A stretch of 64,000 nucleotides of DNA from Leucoraja erinacea (taxonomy: Eukaryota): assembly GCF_028641065.1 (NCBI RefSeq), contig NC_073391.1, positions 23,560,001 through 23,624,000 of the forward strand, in the 5' to 3' direction. The translations under genes and the position numbers were made by a program. Below are positions 35,857 to 48,845 of the stretch, in pieces. Position 1 is the first letter of the stretch. Each line of letters starts with the position of its first letter. Under the pieces are notes generated by a model that ran no database searches, was not told the origin of the DNA, and worked only from the letters and a program-made list of their open reading frames with translations.

Positions 35857-36234
35857 ATTTAAACCAGCATCTGCAGTTCTTTCCTACCCAGCCGTTGATG
35901 TATTATGGGGGCGGAGCTTGACATTGACATTTGGAAAAACCCTGCACTGTGCCAGGCTGGGAACCAGTGTATTGGCAGACAAGTTCCTCCAAGAATGAAT
36001 GTGCTCCATAGGCAAGGGACTGCACACTTGTCAGTCACAATTGTAATGTAGGGCAGAACTTGGTGCATAGAGTTGATTGTCACGTTGAGTATGCTTTTGC
36101 CCTTTTACTGCTGTGGTAATATAAGGAAAATAATTTATTCTGCAGTCACCTTTGCAGTTGTCATGTGAAAAGAATTTTAGATTTTGGGAGAATTTGACAT
36201 TTATTAATAGTTTGCTTTTGAATCTTGCCCGCAG

Positions 36235-36329
36235 ACAGTCTTTTGATTGACTATCAATTCACCTTCAGCCTCACCCAGGAGGATGATCGACATTACACTG
36301 CTATCAACTTCATGGCTACTCCAGAGCAG
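36235..36329 (+). CDS. ATRNL1: Attractin-like 1 internal exon, 95 bp
   Basis: Boundaries cccgcAG| and |GTTGGT; (Y)SLLIDYQFTFSLTQEDDRHYTAINFMATPEQ; phase 1 to phase 0, consistent with neighbours. Confidence 0.95.
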
Positions 36330-38915
36330 GTTGGTTCATTTTGTCGTTTGAGTATTTGTAGCAGTGCTTTCCCCTTCCTTTCAGGCATATTTACTATCAG
36401 TCATTTTACTTTCTGGATTTTAATAATTTGGATACTCACCAAACATATTGTGGAAAGAGAATCAACCATTTTACATATCCATCCTTCAGAACTTATTTGT
36501 ACTAGTTCCTGCATTTATTTTCTTATGATTAGAACTAATCCAAATTATTTACAGAGAGCTAAGTTGATCTTCCCATTTTCCCATTCAATTGAGCGGTGCA
36601 TTGCCTTTCCATTTTCCTATTATGGAACAAAATATTTGCTCATTGCTACAAGGATAATAATTGGCCTGATCATAACTATGAGGCTACTTGAGTATCTAGA
36701 TTTGGAGATTTGAGGCTCATGTACAGCAAATAGAGTTAGGTCGGTAGAAGGAGAGAAAGATGATGATAAAGCTACAATGTGTCTCTACACACAGCAGTAA
36801 TAATAACTCTATCATCCATTTCCTTTTGGAATGTGCATCTGCCAATAAGTTCTGGAAAGGGATGCAGTGCGCTTTGTAGAGTTTCATCGCATACACCAGC
36901 TTAGCATTGGAGTCATGTACTGTATAGAGTGTGTCTGGAGATGCGCATTGAAACATAACTGAACTGCTGGTGCAAGATTATCAACTTGGTGAAACATCCC
37001 TATTGGTTTGGCCTGAACCTGAGGGATGCACTGAAGCTTGGTGTAGCCGCTGTAGAGGTTCTTTGGAGAGGAGCCATGTTTAAGGCCATCTTACCATGAT
37101 GCACTGAAGTGCAGGAACCTGTTTTAATGCCCTTTGGATTGTTTGGTCATATTTTGTTCTTAAAAAAAAAAAGCTGAGATCGTGCTGGTAAATTGTGTAA
37201 GTAAGCAGAATGAGCTGTGTTTTGCAGTGAATGGTAACAAACTATGACTGCAATTTTTGAGTGTTTTGTTTTGGGATTTCATTACTTTTTTAGTTTGTAC
37301 ATCAAATTAATAACTATGATGAATCTATGTGATGCAAGAGTACTGAGGAATTCTTTTGGTCTTTTGGACAAAATGCACAAGTATTTTGAATTTAAATTTA
37401 AAGCACATGAATAAATATTTCATTTTGAAAACTCTGTAAATGTGTACATAGAAGTCTACAGGCCAGATAACAACCCCAGGCAGTCAATCAGTTATGTGGT
37501 TTTATGGTGTTTCTGGGTTGCATGCTTTAGTTAGCATTGTTATAAAAACAAAAAAGACTTGCTTTTATGTATCACCTTTCATGACCTCTGTGTATTTAAA
37601 TGCACTTTACAGCTAATAAAATCCTTTTGAAATGTATTCATTCTTGTAATGTAGAAATCCTGGTCGTTGATTTGCATAAAACATCCACTTTGAAACTGTA
37701 GTATGAAAGTAACTAGATTTTGATTGATCTTATTTATAATGACCCTTTTACTATCCAACAGTTTTTAAATCTTAATTTGCACAAACCCTTGATCAGTTTT
37801 TTTTTAATTTTGATTTTGCAACAATGCACTTCATCAGTGGCCTGAATAAATTTTGAACAGTTGTTTCAATTTAAATCAAGATATTTAAGCAAGATATCTG
37901 CTGATAATCCTTGGCTTCATTAGGAGATTGCTGCTTTGCCAGAAATGCCTTCTTTTAGATGAAATGTTCAACAAAAGCCTTGCTGATGGCTTGGTTGATT
38001 ATGGAATAAGCACTGGCTAGCAGATTAGGATTGATGTCCCAGTTGTTCTTTCAAGTAATGCCACGGTACCTTAAAATTCCACCTTGTAGTAAGAGAGAAG
38101 TGCACGATAGCAGTATAAATGCTAAAACTAGTCATAGAACATAAAAGCACTGAAACAGGACCTTCAGCCCACAATGTCTATGCTGATCATGATGCCAAAT
38201 TAAACAAAACCCACCTACCTATACATGATTTGTATCCATCCATTTCCTACGTGTTCATGTGCCAATCTAGATGCCTGTTAAATGGCACTATTGTGTCTGC
38301 TTCTACCACCAACCATAGCAGTGCTTTTTTGGATAACTACCACTCTCTGCATAAAATAACAATTGTGCTGTGGGAATATAAGATAAAGGAACATCCATCA
38401 AGACGACAATGGGGAAGAAATGCTTTCCTCAGTGGGCTGTGAATTCTCTGCCCCGATACTATGGATACAAGCCAATTGACAAGTATCCAAAATGGAACAA
38501 TGAAATTCTTACTTGCAGCAACATAACAGGTCTGTAAATGCAGTACTCATATATAACACAATAAATAAGCAGACAAAAGTTCAAAAGATTAAACAGTGTT
38601 AGTGCAAAATAAAAGCTCAAAGTCCTTATCGCAAACAAAACAATTCGTAGTGTTGGAATACTTTATTGGAATTCTTTATTGTCACATGTGACAAGACACA
38701 ATGAAAATCTTTGCTTGCATCGCCAAGGTATGCAAATAGTCGCCACATACTGCGCTGACAAATTTCAAGAGGCTGATGATGGTTCTTGAACCTGGGTGTC
38801 ACTGTTTTCAGCCTATATGAGGCTGAGATTCAGGATTGATATGTTTATGCACTATAGGATAATGGAGAATGGTGGTGATCATACAACAAAGTGGTGATAA
38901 GGTTAATGATCAGAT

Positions 38916-39132
38916 TGTGGCGGCTCCCAAGGGTCGGGCCAATTCTACTATCGAACCCCTCGGCACGGGAATGGATGAGTCCGGAGGCGGCCCTTAGCTA
39001 AAGGGTTAAAGGGCAGGGGTTTAGATGCCATCTTCCTCTTGCAGACTCGTCTGGTCAGGAGAAGGACAGCGATTAATATACCTCCCGAAACACCTGGCTC
39101 CTCATCTTCATTTCTGGATTATCGTCACGCTA
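38916..39132 (+). mobile_element. Possible solo LTR inserted in an old CR1 tail
   Basis: Abrupt GC/CpG-rich block starting TGTGGCG and ending ...gtcacgcta. The terminal CA and a TSD are not clearly present. Confidence 0.3.
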
Positions 39133-39505
39133 TTATGAATAGCAGAACATGCTTGAGTGTTGTGTGGCCTTTTCATATTTGTTATGAATTTACTACTCAT
39201 TCAATTTTGGTGTACTGTAAGGAAGCACAAACACAAGCAAAGAAGTTTATGGAAGAATAATCCATTAAACTATAAACTGCCTATAATTCAGACCCAATAC
39301 ATTCCTTTGGCATACAGGCTTGATTAGCAACTAGTTTAAAATGATGTCTAATGGAAGTAAACTTTGAGAAATAAAACACATGGAAGTGCCACAGTTGGTC
39401 AATATGGTCAGATACTTCATTGCTCAAAATTTGTGTAATGTTCATATTACAGAAATTAACATAAAACCTGTTTTTTAATATGGTTTTGTACAATTTTATA
39501 GATTA

Positions 39506-41263
39506 CTAGACCAAGTGCAGACCCGTTGGGTCTGTTTCCCCAACAGCGTTTGCAGGGGGGGGAGGGGGGCGTGATGTGTGAAGAGGGGAGGGAGGAGGAG
39601 GAAACGGGATAGATTTGGGAGGGAAAGTAGAGCGCGGTAGGGGGTGAGAGATGGGGAGAGAGATGTGGGGAAGGGGGGATGGGGAGGAGGGAGGGATGGG
39701 GGAGAGGTGGGGGGAAAGAGGGGAAAGAGTCGGGGAGGAGAGTGGAGGAGAACGGGGAGAGAAGTGGAAGAGTGGGGAGGGAGGTGGAGGGAGGGGGTAG
39801 CGGGAGTGATGGAAGAGGGACAGAGGGATAGGGGAAGGGGGTGGGGGGGGAGAGAGGGAAGGGGGTGAGGTAGACAGGGAAGGGGGGGGGGGGAGAGAGG
39901 GAGAGGGATGGGAGAGGGGTGAGGAGAGGGGGAGGAGAGAGTGGGAGAGAAGTGAAAGAGTGGGGAGGGAGGGAGGGAGGGAGGGGTAGAGGGGTAGCGG
40001 GAGTGGTAGAAGAGGGATGGGGGAGTGGTGGAAGAGGGACAGAGGGGTAGGGGATGGGGTGGGGGAGAGAGGGGAAGGGAGGGAAAGAGAGAGGGGGGGG
40101 GGGGGAGAGGCGTGAGGTAAGGGGGATAGAAGTGGAAGAGTGGGGGGGAGGGGTAGGGGGAGTGGTGAAAGAGGGACAGAGGGGTAGGGGGAAGGGGGTG
40201 GTGGTAGCGAGGGAAGGGGGTGGGGGAGAGAGAGATGGGTGGGAGAGGGAGAGGGGTGGGGAGAGGGAAACATAGAAATTAAGTGCAGGAGTAGGCCATT
40301 CGGACCTTTGAGCCTGCACCACCATTCAATATGATCATGGCTGATCATCCAACTCAGTATCCTGTACCTGCCTTCTCTCCATACCCCCTGATCCCTTTAG
40401 CCACACGGGCCACATCTAACTCCCTCTTAAATATAGCCAATGAACTGGCCTCAACTACCCTCTGTGGCAGAGAGTTCCAGAGACTCACCACTATCTGTGT
40501 GAAAAATGTTTTCCTCATCTCAGTATTAAAGAATTTCCCCTTTATCCTTAAACCGTGTCCCGCTTGTCCTGGACTTCCCCAACATCGGGAACAATCTTCC
40601 TGCATCAGACAAATGCAATTCAGGACTTTTCACTTCACAAGCAAAGTCAGAATGACAGTTAGTGAAGAATTTGAATAATCGCTGAGCGTTCTCTATGGCA
40701 ACACTGTATTTGAGCATTGGGCATTATGACATCACACGATGGAACGTTCACCAGGGGCTGGGCTCCTGCAAAGGCATATGTAAATGAATCCATTCCGATT
40801 GGCCATCTGTGAGCATTGGGCATTGTGACATCACACGATGGAACATTCACCAGGGGGCTGGGGCTGGGGCTGGGGCTGCTTCTATTGGTGAGAAGCCTGT
40901 TTATTTTTGAAATATTGTGGTGGGGTGGGGGTGAAGGATTTGATTAAAAAAGTGTACTTAAACATGACGAAATGTAATGAGGAGCGGATACTTAGAAAGA
41001 AAAGCGAAATCTCTACCGAAATGGAAAAGACGTCGGCGATTCTGCGTCCGGTTTCGGAGTTGCGGTGAATCAAAGGAAGAAACGCGGCCGGAAGCCGTAC
41101 ATGCAAATGGATCCATTCCGATTGGACGTCCGCAAGCGTCGGGCATCGCGATTGGACGTCCGCGAGCATCGGGCATTGTGACATCGCACGGCGGGAACGA
41201 ATCGAAAGGCAGGAAGGGATCCGTACGGCAGGTGGTCGGATGGGGCGAGAGTTTTAAAAGTAT
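39506..41263 (-). mobile_element. Non-autonomous Helitron A, containing a purine-rich tract and a CR1 tail
   Basis: Minus-strand 3' end CAGACCC-AAC-GGGTCTG hairpin then cacttggtCTAG|T (CTAG 39506-39509); 5' region (T)ATACTTTTAAAACTCTC at ~41263. Confidence 0.75.
39554..40267 (+). repeat. ~700-bp polypurine (G/A) low-complexity tract
   Basis: Predominantly G and A with many G3-G10 runs and loosely repeated units (ggggtagcgggagtg, ggaagagtggggag). Confidence 0.9.
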
Positions 41264-41264
41264 A

Positions 41265-41879
41265 CTAGACCAAGTGCAGACCCGTTGGGTCTGCTCCCCC
41301 AATGGTGCGATCCCCCAACCCAATATTCCACCATGCACCCGTCTCCTCCAATGGAACTGAAGCCGTTCCCAAAAGTAAGATTCCAGCACTGCCCTGCCTC
41401 CCTCAGCAGTGGATTTAAAAACAAAATCCAATGGCACCTACCCTGCCTGCTGCAGCAGTGAAAAGTTCAGAGTGTTCCTGTCTTGCAACTTTGTTTCGAA
41501 GTGTGTTGGAAGCTGACATGTAAATGGAGAAGCCAGTTAATTTTGAAATACTTGGGTGTGGAGGGGGGGGGGGGGAGAGAAGGATTTGATTAAAAACGTG
41601 CACTTCAACCCGACGAAATGTAATGAGGAACGGATACTTAGAAAGAAAAGCGAAATCTCTACCGAAATGGAAAAGATCTCGGAGATTGAGCGTCTGGATT
41701 GGGCGTGGCAATGAATCAAAGGAAGAAATGCAGCCGGCAGCCGTACATGCAAATGAATCCATTCCGATTGGACATCTGCGAGCATCGGCCATTCCGATTG
41801 GACATCTGCGAGTATCGGGCACGAATTGAAAGGCAGGAAGGGCGCCGGACGGCAGTCGGTCGGATGGCCCCAGAGTTTT

Positions 41880-41942
<63 letters not shown>
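41265..41942 (-). mobile_element. Non-autonomous Helitron B, head-to-tail with A; 5' end expanded into (TCTA)n
   Basis: Same 3' hairpin and CTAG (41265-41268) as A. 41578-41880 is homologous to 40935-41260. (GATA)n at 41880-41941. Confidence 0.75.
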
Positions 41943-41943
<1 letters not shown>

Positions 41944-42544
41944 AGAAAGAAGGTAGAGCACAGGAGTAAAACAAAATATTAAAAGTAGATATTCTGCATT
42001 TCAAAGAATATACAAAATAAAAAATAGTGGCTACATATTGACAACAAAAATATTTTGGTGTATGATCACCACCAAAAATTAATTTGTTTCATTATTTGCT
42101 GCTTTCACCTTGCTGAAGGTTGTGGCCTCATTTAAGGGGACATCACAGCACTTTTTTATAAACAAGGTTGAATGGCATGCATTTATACTGCATTTATACT
42201 GATACAGAGAAGTGTATCCTTCTGTTTCCTCTGAATAATGTAATGACAGTTCTTCTATAATGACAAACCTGGATGTGATTTGTCAAAAATGGTCCTTTGA
42301 AGACGTTTACCCAGTTAGATCAAAAGTTTTACTGCTTCTTTAAGTGAAGTTGAACTCAAACAGTATTTGGCTGTGGCTCCAGGCCACAGAAACAAATGGT
42401 ATAAGAAACAATGTAGATTGAAAGCTCTTAAAAGATGGGAAGGTACGACTGCAAAAACAGAGTTTAAAACCTAAGAGATTTTAGAATGAATACCACAATG
42501 GCAATTGCAAGCTATTACAATTAGCCCATAAGTAAAAAGTAATA

Positions 42545-42685
42545 GGTAGACAAATGTCTGAAGAAGGGTTTTAGCCCGAAACGTTGCCTATTTCCTTCGC
42601 TCCATAGATGCTGCCGCACCCGCTGAGTTTCTCCAGCACTATTGTCTACCTTCGATTTTCCAGCATCTGCAGTTCCTTCTTGAAG
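42545..42685 (+). mobile_element. Penelope-like non-autonomous insertion (second subfamily)
   Basis: 14-bp TSD agtaaaaagtaata at 42531-42544 and 42686-42699; core ctgaagaagggttttagcccgaaacgttg; only a ~10-bp inverted stub at the left. Confidence 0.75.
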
Positions 42686-43964
42686 AGTAAAAAGTAATAC
42701 CTGGTTTCATTGTCATTTATGTGTCATTAGATTTATTAACCAGGTCAACCGGACAGTATTTTTGTGTGTATGGAATAGGCTTCTTTTCATTGATGTGCTG
42801 AGAATGCAATTTTAATTTGCACTGGATACGGAACAGTTTATTAAATACTGCAAATGGCATGTCAATAAAAGCTGAATCACTGTCTCCTCTGCTAACTGTT
42901 ACATAGTATAACATATATATAGAAATATCCATTCGCATTAAGGACGTTTAAATGATTTTCATTGGAAACACGGGTTCAAATCTGTCGTAAAGGTGAAATA
43001 AATGGACACATTGCACATAATACATATAATGGGCAAAAATCATCATCTATTTATTGCACAGCTAGAAATCAGATTCTAGACCATATAATACTAGAAATGC
43101 TTGCCTGTGCAATATTCAATTACGGATAAAACAGATGAAATGTTGACTTTCTAATTGAAGTTTAAATAAGAGACTAGACTAATATGATACTTTGCTACTT
43201 TGTGCATTGGTTACATCTGAGAAACAGTAGATGCAAAGCATTCTGGTGTGGAGTTTTGAGATGCAGATTTGAGGCTGCACTTGGAGTTAACCGCATGCAT
43301 TTTCACTGCCTTATTCATCCTATGTTAAGCTTTATAAAACAGCTCACTCGCAGTAAGAGATAAGCAGTTATTTCAAACAATTGAATATTTCAACATGATG
43401 AAGGAACTAATTCTAGGTTGGCTGCTCAGTGCAAGATGTCACTTTGCTCTCACCAGCTGTTGTTTCAACTTGGAGCGAGCATTAGTTACTTCTACAACTG
43501 AACTAGAATACACCAATGTCACATCATAAAAGCATTACAGGAAACTTGAAGGAGGATGAACTGTGCAAACTGATTTGCATAATCTGGTAAATATCAAAAT
43601 AACAAAAATAACAAAATATCAAATAATGAAACTTGTTGTTCTGTAAACTCACTTCATACACTCCATGCATTTGGTGCCTAACCTAAAAAACACGTCAAAT
43701 ATGTTGTACTTTAACATTATTCTTTAATGGCGATAAAGTGTATGAAACATTTATTTTGCCTTATGGTACATGATGAGAATTATATATTTAACAACTTGGA
43801 TTTTTCGCACCATCTGTCATATTATTGCAAATAATTGATGCTTAAATTACTCTCGCTCAACCGCTCATACTGTTTTTCGTTGAAGTTTCTCTTGAAATAA
43901 TTTACCCAACCCATTCTCTAGACCTATCTTATGAAAGCTTTTGTCATTCTGGCCTTCATAAAGA

Positions 43965-45160
43965 CATAGAATCAAAGAGTGATGCGATGTGAGAACAGGC
44001 CCATTGGCCCAACGTGCCCACACCGGCCAACATATCCCTGCTACACTGGTCCCACCTGCATGCGTTTAGTCCATATCCCCCCCCAAACTTGTCTTATCCT
44101 TGTACCTGTCTAGCTGTTTCTTAAACGTTGGGATAGTCCCTGCCTCAACTACCTCATCTGGCAGCTTGTTCGATATACCCACCACCCTTTGTGTGAAAAT
44201 GCATCTGTCACAGAATGGAGTTTTGTATTTGGGATGTTACAGTTGTACACGTTTAGTTTAGTCTAGTGATACAGAGTGGAAACAGGCCCTTTGGCCCACT
44301 TGGTCCACGCCGACCAGCGATCCCTGCACATTAACACTATCTTACACCCACTAAGGACAATTTTGTTCATTTACCAAGCCAATTAACCTACAAACCTGTG
44401 CGTCTTTGGAGTGTGGGAGGAAACCAAAGATCTTGGAGAAACATAGAAACATAGAAAATAGGTGCAGGAGTAGGCCATTCGGCCCTTCAAGCCCGCACTG
44501 CCATTCAATATGATCATGGCTGATCATCCAACTCAGTATCTTGTACCTGCCTTCTCTCCATACCCCCTGATACCTTTAGCCACAAGGGCCACATCTAACT
44601 CCCTCTTAAATATAGCCAATGAACTGGCCTCAACTACCTTCTGTTTCCCCCTTATCCTTAAACTGTGACCCCTTGTTCTGGAAAACCCACGCAGGTCATG
44701 GGGAGAATGTACAAACCCGTAGTCGGTATCGAACCCGGGTCTCCAGCGCTGCATTCGCTGTAAGGCAGCAACTCTAGTGCTGCGCCACCATAACCGCTAA
44801 CGTTGGTAAGACGGCACATGGAGTTTTGGTCACCCTGCTATATGAAGGATGTCATTAAGTTGGAAAGAGTGCACAAAAGATTCATGAGGATGATGCCAGT
44901 ACTCGAGGGACTGAGTTGTATTAGAGGTTTGGCAAGCTAGGATTTTATTCTTTGGAACATAGGTTTGAGTGATTATATTCTGGAGAGGCATGGATAAGGT
45001 GAATCACACAATCGTTTCCCCAGGGTCGAGGAATCAAGAACTAGAGGGCATAGATTTAAAGTAAGAGTGGAAAGATTTAATAGGATCCTGCGGAGCAATT
45101 TTTTCACATGGAGGGTGGTGTGTATAGGGAACAAATGGGCATAGAAAGTGGTTGAGGTAG
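43965..45160. mobile_element. Nested cluster: CR1 tail (-), HE1 SINE (-, 44251-44800) split by a CR1 tail (44439-44680), and CR1 fragment (+, 44800-45160)
   Basis: Matches to the SINE and CR1 3' sequences seen elsewhere in the window. Confidence 0.7.
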
Positions 45161-45594
45161 TGTTTGCACCAATCCTCGTAGTACTCAATGCACGAGGCAA
45201 CACGATCTCATATTAGTCTCATCTCTGTCATTTAAAGTGCAGTACAAATACATCTTATTAGTAATTGGACATTGTGCAAGCTTGTACATTATTGTTACAT
45301 GGTCCAGCATCTGCTCTCCATTTCTGGCATGGCCTATTTTTGTAAATCTATGGGACGTGTAACGCAAATGTTTATTTCATCTGTGTGATGAAGCTGAACC
45401 CCTTCCTTTGTAAAGAAAATACATACATTTCTTATGCCTCCATATCAAAGGATTGTTCTACATATACCACCTCTCTGTCAGTAGGAGATTCAACTTTAGA
45501 TGGCATAGCCATTTGTAGTATTTGCCAAAAGGTACCTTTTCCGGTGTAGAATAAAATAAAATAGAATTGAATAAAATAGCATTTTCAGCACAAT

Positions 45595-45782
45595 CTGAAG
45601 GATCTGCAGATGCTGGAAAATCGAAGGTAGTCAAAAATGCTGGAGAAACTCAGCGGGTGAGGCAGCATCTATGGAGCGAAGGAAATAGGCAATGTTTCGG
45701 ATTGAGGCCCTTCTTCAGAACTCTATTTCCTTCGCTCCATAGATGCTGCCTCACCTGCTGAGTTTCTCCGGCATTTTTGCCT
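45595..45782. mobile_element. Palindromic Penelope-like insertion (second subfamily)
   Basis: Inverted arms; 14-bp TSD attttcagcacaat at 45581-45594 and 45783-45796. Confidence 0.8.
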
Positions 45783-46267
45783 ATTTTCAGCACAATAGTG
45801 CGTTAAAATAAAATAAAGCTTATTCCATACATTTTCATTCTAAAGTTAAAATGTTTGAATACTTTCAGATTTATCTAGTTAATAAAATAATTGATGCATA
45901 AATGTGAGTGAGAAAAATATTATATTTTCTTTATTTGTAGGAAAGGGTTTCGACCCGAAACATCACCCATTCCTTCTCTCTAGAGATGCTGCTTATCCCG
46001 CTGAGTTACTCCAGCAATTTGTGTCTACCATATTTTCTTTATGGGCTAACTGTATAAGTAGTTCTGCCATGTTGCAGTGGTCATGTTCCTTATAATAATA
46101 ACATTGTATCAATGGGAAAGTGGAGTGATAGTGAGGGTCAGCTTGGCATTAGCTTCAGTTCACCTGCAAGATTTTCAAAAATAAAGGTTTTTTCTAACAG
46201 GAATGGGTTTATTTGTTGTGACTGCAAGGTCCTAATGCTAAAGGGTGCATGTTGAGCGAGAAAACCA

Positions 46268-46985
46268 AGTGCTGGCAGAAGACAGCAGGTCAGGTAGCAG
46301 GTCAGCTGGGAAATAGGCAGGTGACATTTTGGGTGGAGATCGTTCTTCAGATTGATTCAATATGGGGAAGAATGTTGGAAAAGTGCGGTGGAGTTGGGGC
46401 AAAGTCTGGCAAGTGATGGTTGGTTGCAGGTGGGGGAGTGATTGGGAAACGGGTGGAGTAAATGGCCAAAGCTGGAAGTGAAAAGGAGCCAAACGTTTGA
46501 CAGATTAGGAATGTGAAAGAGTGGAAGGCTGGGGGAAGAGATATGGGTGTGAGGGGAAAGAGGGGTGAACCCCATTTTTACTTTTTTTCCCCCCCCCCCC
46601 TCCTTCCTGGCCCCGCATACCCATATCCCTCTCTCCCACGCTTCTTCTTTCCTTATCTGACATCCTTTTCTCTCCTTGTTACTTTTGGCATTTGTCCCTT
46701 ACTCCACCCATCTGCTAACCCCACTTTCCTACCGCCTCCATCTACCTTCTCTGTGCCCCACCTGGACTCACATCCATTTCTTCCTTCCCCCCCTTTTGTG
46801 AACCAACATCTGCAGTTCCTTGTTTCTATTCTCTAGTTATCGTTTATCAGGCTTTGTCCCACCCACACCTCTCTTTTTCATCGTCCTTCCCCCCCACCCC
46901 CAACAATCAGTCAGATGAAGGGTTCTGAGCCGAAACATCGTGTGTCCATTTTCATTCACAGATGCTGCCTGACCTTCTGAGTTCA
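46268..46985. mobile_element. Longer, older Penelope-like palindromic element
   Basis: Outer inverted arms (46268-46360, 46905-46985) with a purine-rich left half and a pyrimidine-rich right half. Confidence 0.55.
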
Positions 46986-48419
46986 TGAGATCATAAGTGA
47001 TAGTAGAATTAGGCCATGTGGTCCATCAAGTCTACTCTGCCATTCAATCATGGCTGATCTATCTGTCGCTCTTATCCCCAATCTCCTGCCTTCTCCCCAT
47101 AACCTCTGACACCCGTACTATACAAGATTAGCACATCGTTTTTTTTCCCTCACAATGCCAACATTTACATTTGTATCTCCAAAGACCATATATTACATTG
47201 TTTAACAGAGCATCATTGCACAAGTATCAATAGAAATGATTGCTTGTCAACTTCAATAGCTGCCTCCGGTGAAAGTTGCAACTGTGTTCGTAAGAGACAA
47301 TGATGTTTGTTTACTTTTGAGAGATTAAATCTTTTTCTTCCAACACTGAATTGTTTCCAAAATGGTTTGAGGTTTGTCAATTTTCAAAGTAACTTTCAAA
47401 AGGTTCTCTAGTTCATGATTAAAATTACGATACAACCAATTGCCAGTGCAATAAAAATAGTCTTCCCTATTCATCAATCCTATATGTGCTATGGAAACAT
47501 GCACTGTAGCAGCACTACCTTCAATTAATTTCAAAGAGACACAAGAAACTGCAGATGCTGTATTCTTGAGCAAAATGCCAAGTGCTGGAGGAACTCAGCA
47601 GGTCAGGCAGTATCAGACTGAAGAAAGGTCCCAACCTGAATCGTCGTCTGTGCATTCCCACCACAAATGCTGCATGACCCACTGAGTTCTTCCAGCACTT
47701 TGTTATTTGCTTGTAATTACTTTCAACTGCAATTGTAGAAAATATCCATTCTACTTTTTCTGAAAAGTTAATCCCTTAGTTTTTAAAGTCTGTGTATATT
47801 CCTAACTTTGTTTTTCAGGAGCTCTTGGTCTAATTTGTTTCTAATACTGTTTGATTCTGTGTTCAAAGCAGCACTGGCATTGGATGTGGGTTCAACTTGA
47901 CATACATCAAAGCAGCAGGAAGAATTGATCTAACTGGCAATATTTGTTAGTATATCCCACCCAAAGGACCATTTATTTTTTGATAATTCATGTCCTAGTT
48001 TGTCTAATTATACAGTTGAACTGTCATCATATTACTTGGAGTAACTTGAAAGATGCACTTTTCTTTACTGAGAATTTTCAGCTAAAATTCAACATTGTTT
48101 ATAAAAAGTGCTACAATTTGTCCCAACCTCTAGCTAGGTGAATGCAGGTTGTCGCAAAACAAATTAGATCATGGTTTTTGATACAACGCCACCAAATGCT
48201 GGAAACACTCAGGAGATCAGGAAGCATTTGTGGAAAGCACACATTGCTGATATTTTAGTTCATCAGAACATGAGAAAATAGCAGGAGTAGGCAGCCGGGC
48301 CTCTCCATCTGCCCTTGTCATTAATATGATTGTGGCTGATCTATGCTGGTTTGAATTCCTTTTCTTTAAAGTGCAGAAGAATGAGGGGACATCTCACTTA
48401 CTACATACTTAAAGCCCAA

Positions 48420-48845
48420 TGAGGCAGGGATATGGTGAACAAAAAATGATGAGCTCTGCCCAGTCCATAACAGGTATTGTCCTCCCACCATCAAATAAAT
48501 CTACATGGGTCACTGCATTAAAACGCATCCTTGGAGAGACCCACATCTCCCTGGCCATGCCCTTATTGAGAAAAAGGTATAAGAGCCTGAAAACTGTAAC
48601 TTCCAGGTTCAGGAGCAGCTTCTTCCCAACAACCATCAGGCTATTAAAAATGACAACCTTCAACTTCAAAAGGAGTAGACCTGAGGGCATTGTTTTTGCT
48701 TTGGTATTATTGTTTGTTCTTTATGTGCTGGTTTGTTTATTATGGTGTTTATAGAGTACTGTGTTTTTATACCTGTTGTGCTGCTGAGAAATAAGAATCT
48801 CGTCATTCCGTTTTGGGACATGTGACAATACAAAACTCTTGACTT
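48420..48845 (+). mobile_element. Rex1/Babar LINE 3' fragment
   Basis: SAQSITGIVLP...RYKSLKTVTSRFRSSFFPTTIRLL C-terminal motif and a gacaata...ctcttgactt tail. Confidence 0.75.

Noticed and set aside
36225-36713. 162-aa ORF with a hydrophobic C-terminus
   Set aside because: Only 36235-36329 is ATRNL1 exon; the rest is read-through past the GT donor into intron.
39456-40348. Long Pro/Ser/Leu-rich ORFs (289 and 280 aa)
   Set aside because: They result from the stop-poor polypyrimidine strand of a low-complexity tract and start inside a CR1 tail.
40882-42004. Several 100-159 aa ORFs with mutual similarity
   Set aside because: Shared non-coding 5' modules of Helitrons A and B plus the GATA repeat; no protein motif and frames not conserved.
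45567-45600. KIAFSAQ resembling the next ATRNL1 exon start (IAFSQH)
   Set aside because: Wrong order (upstream of the two exons that should precede it), similarity ends after four residues, and it overlaps a TSD.
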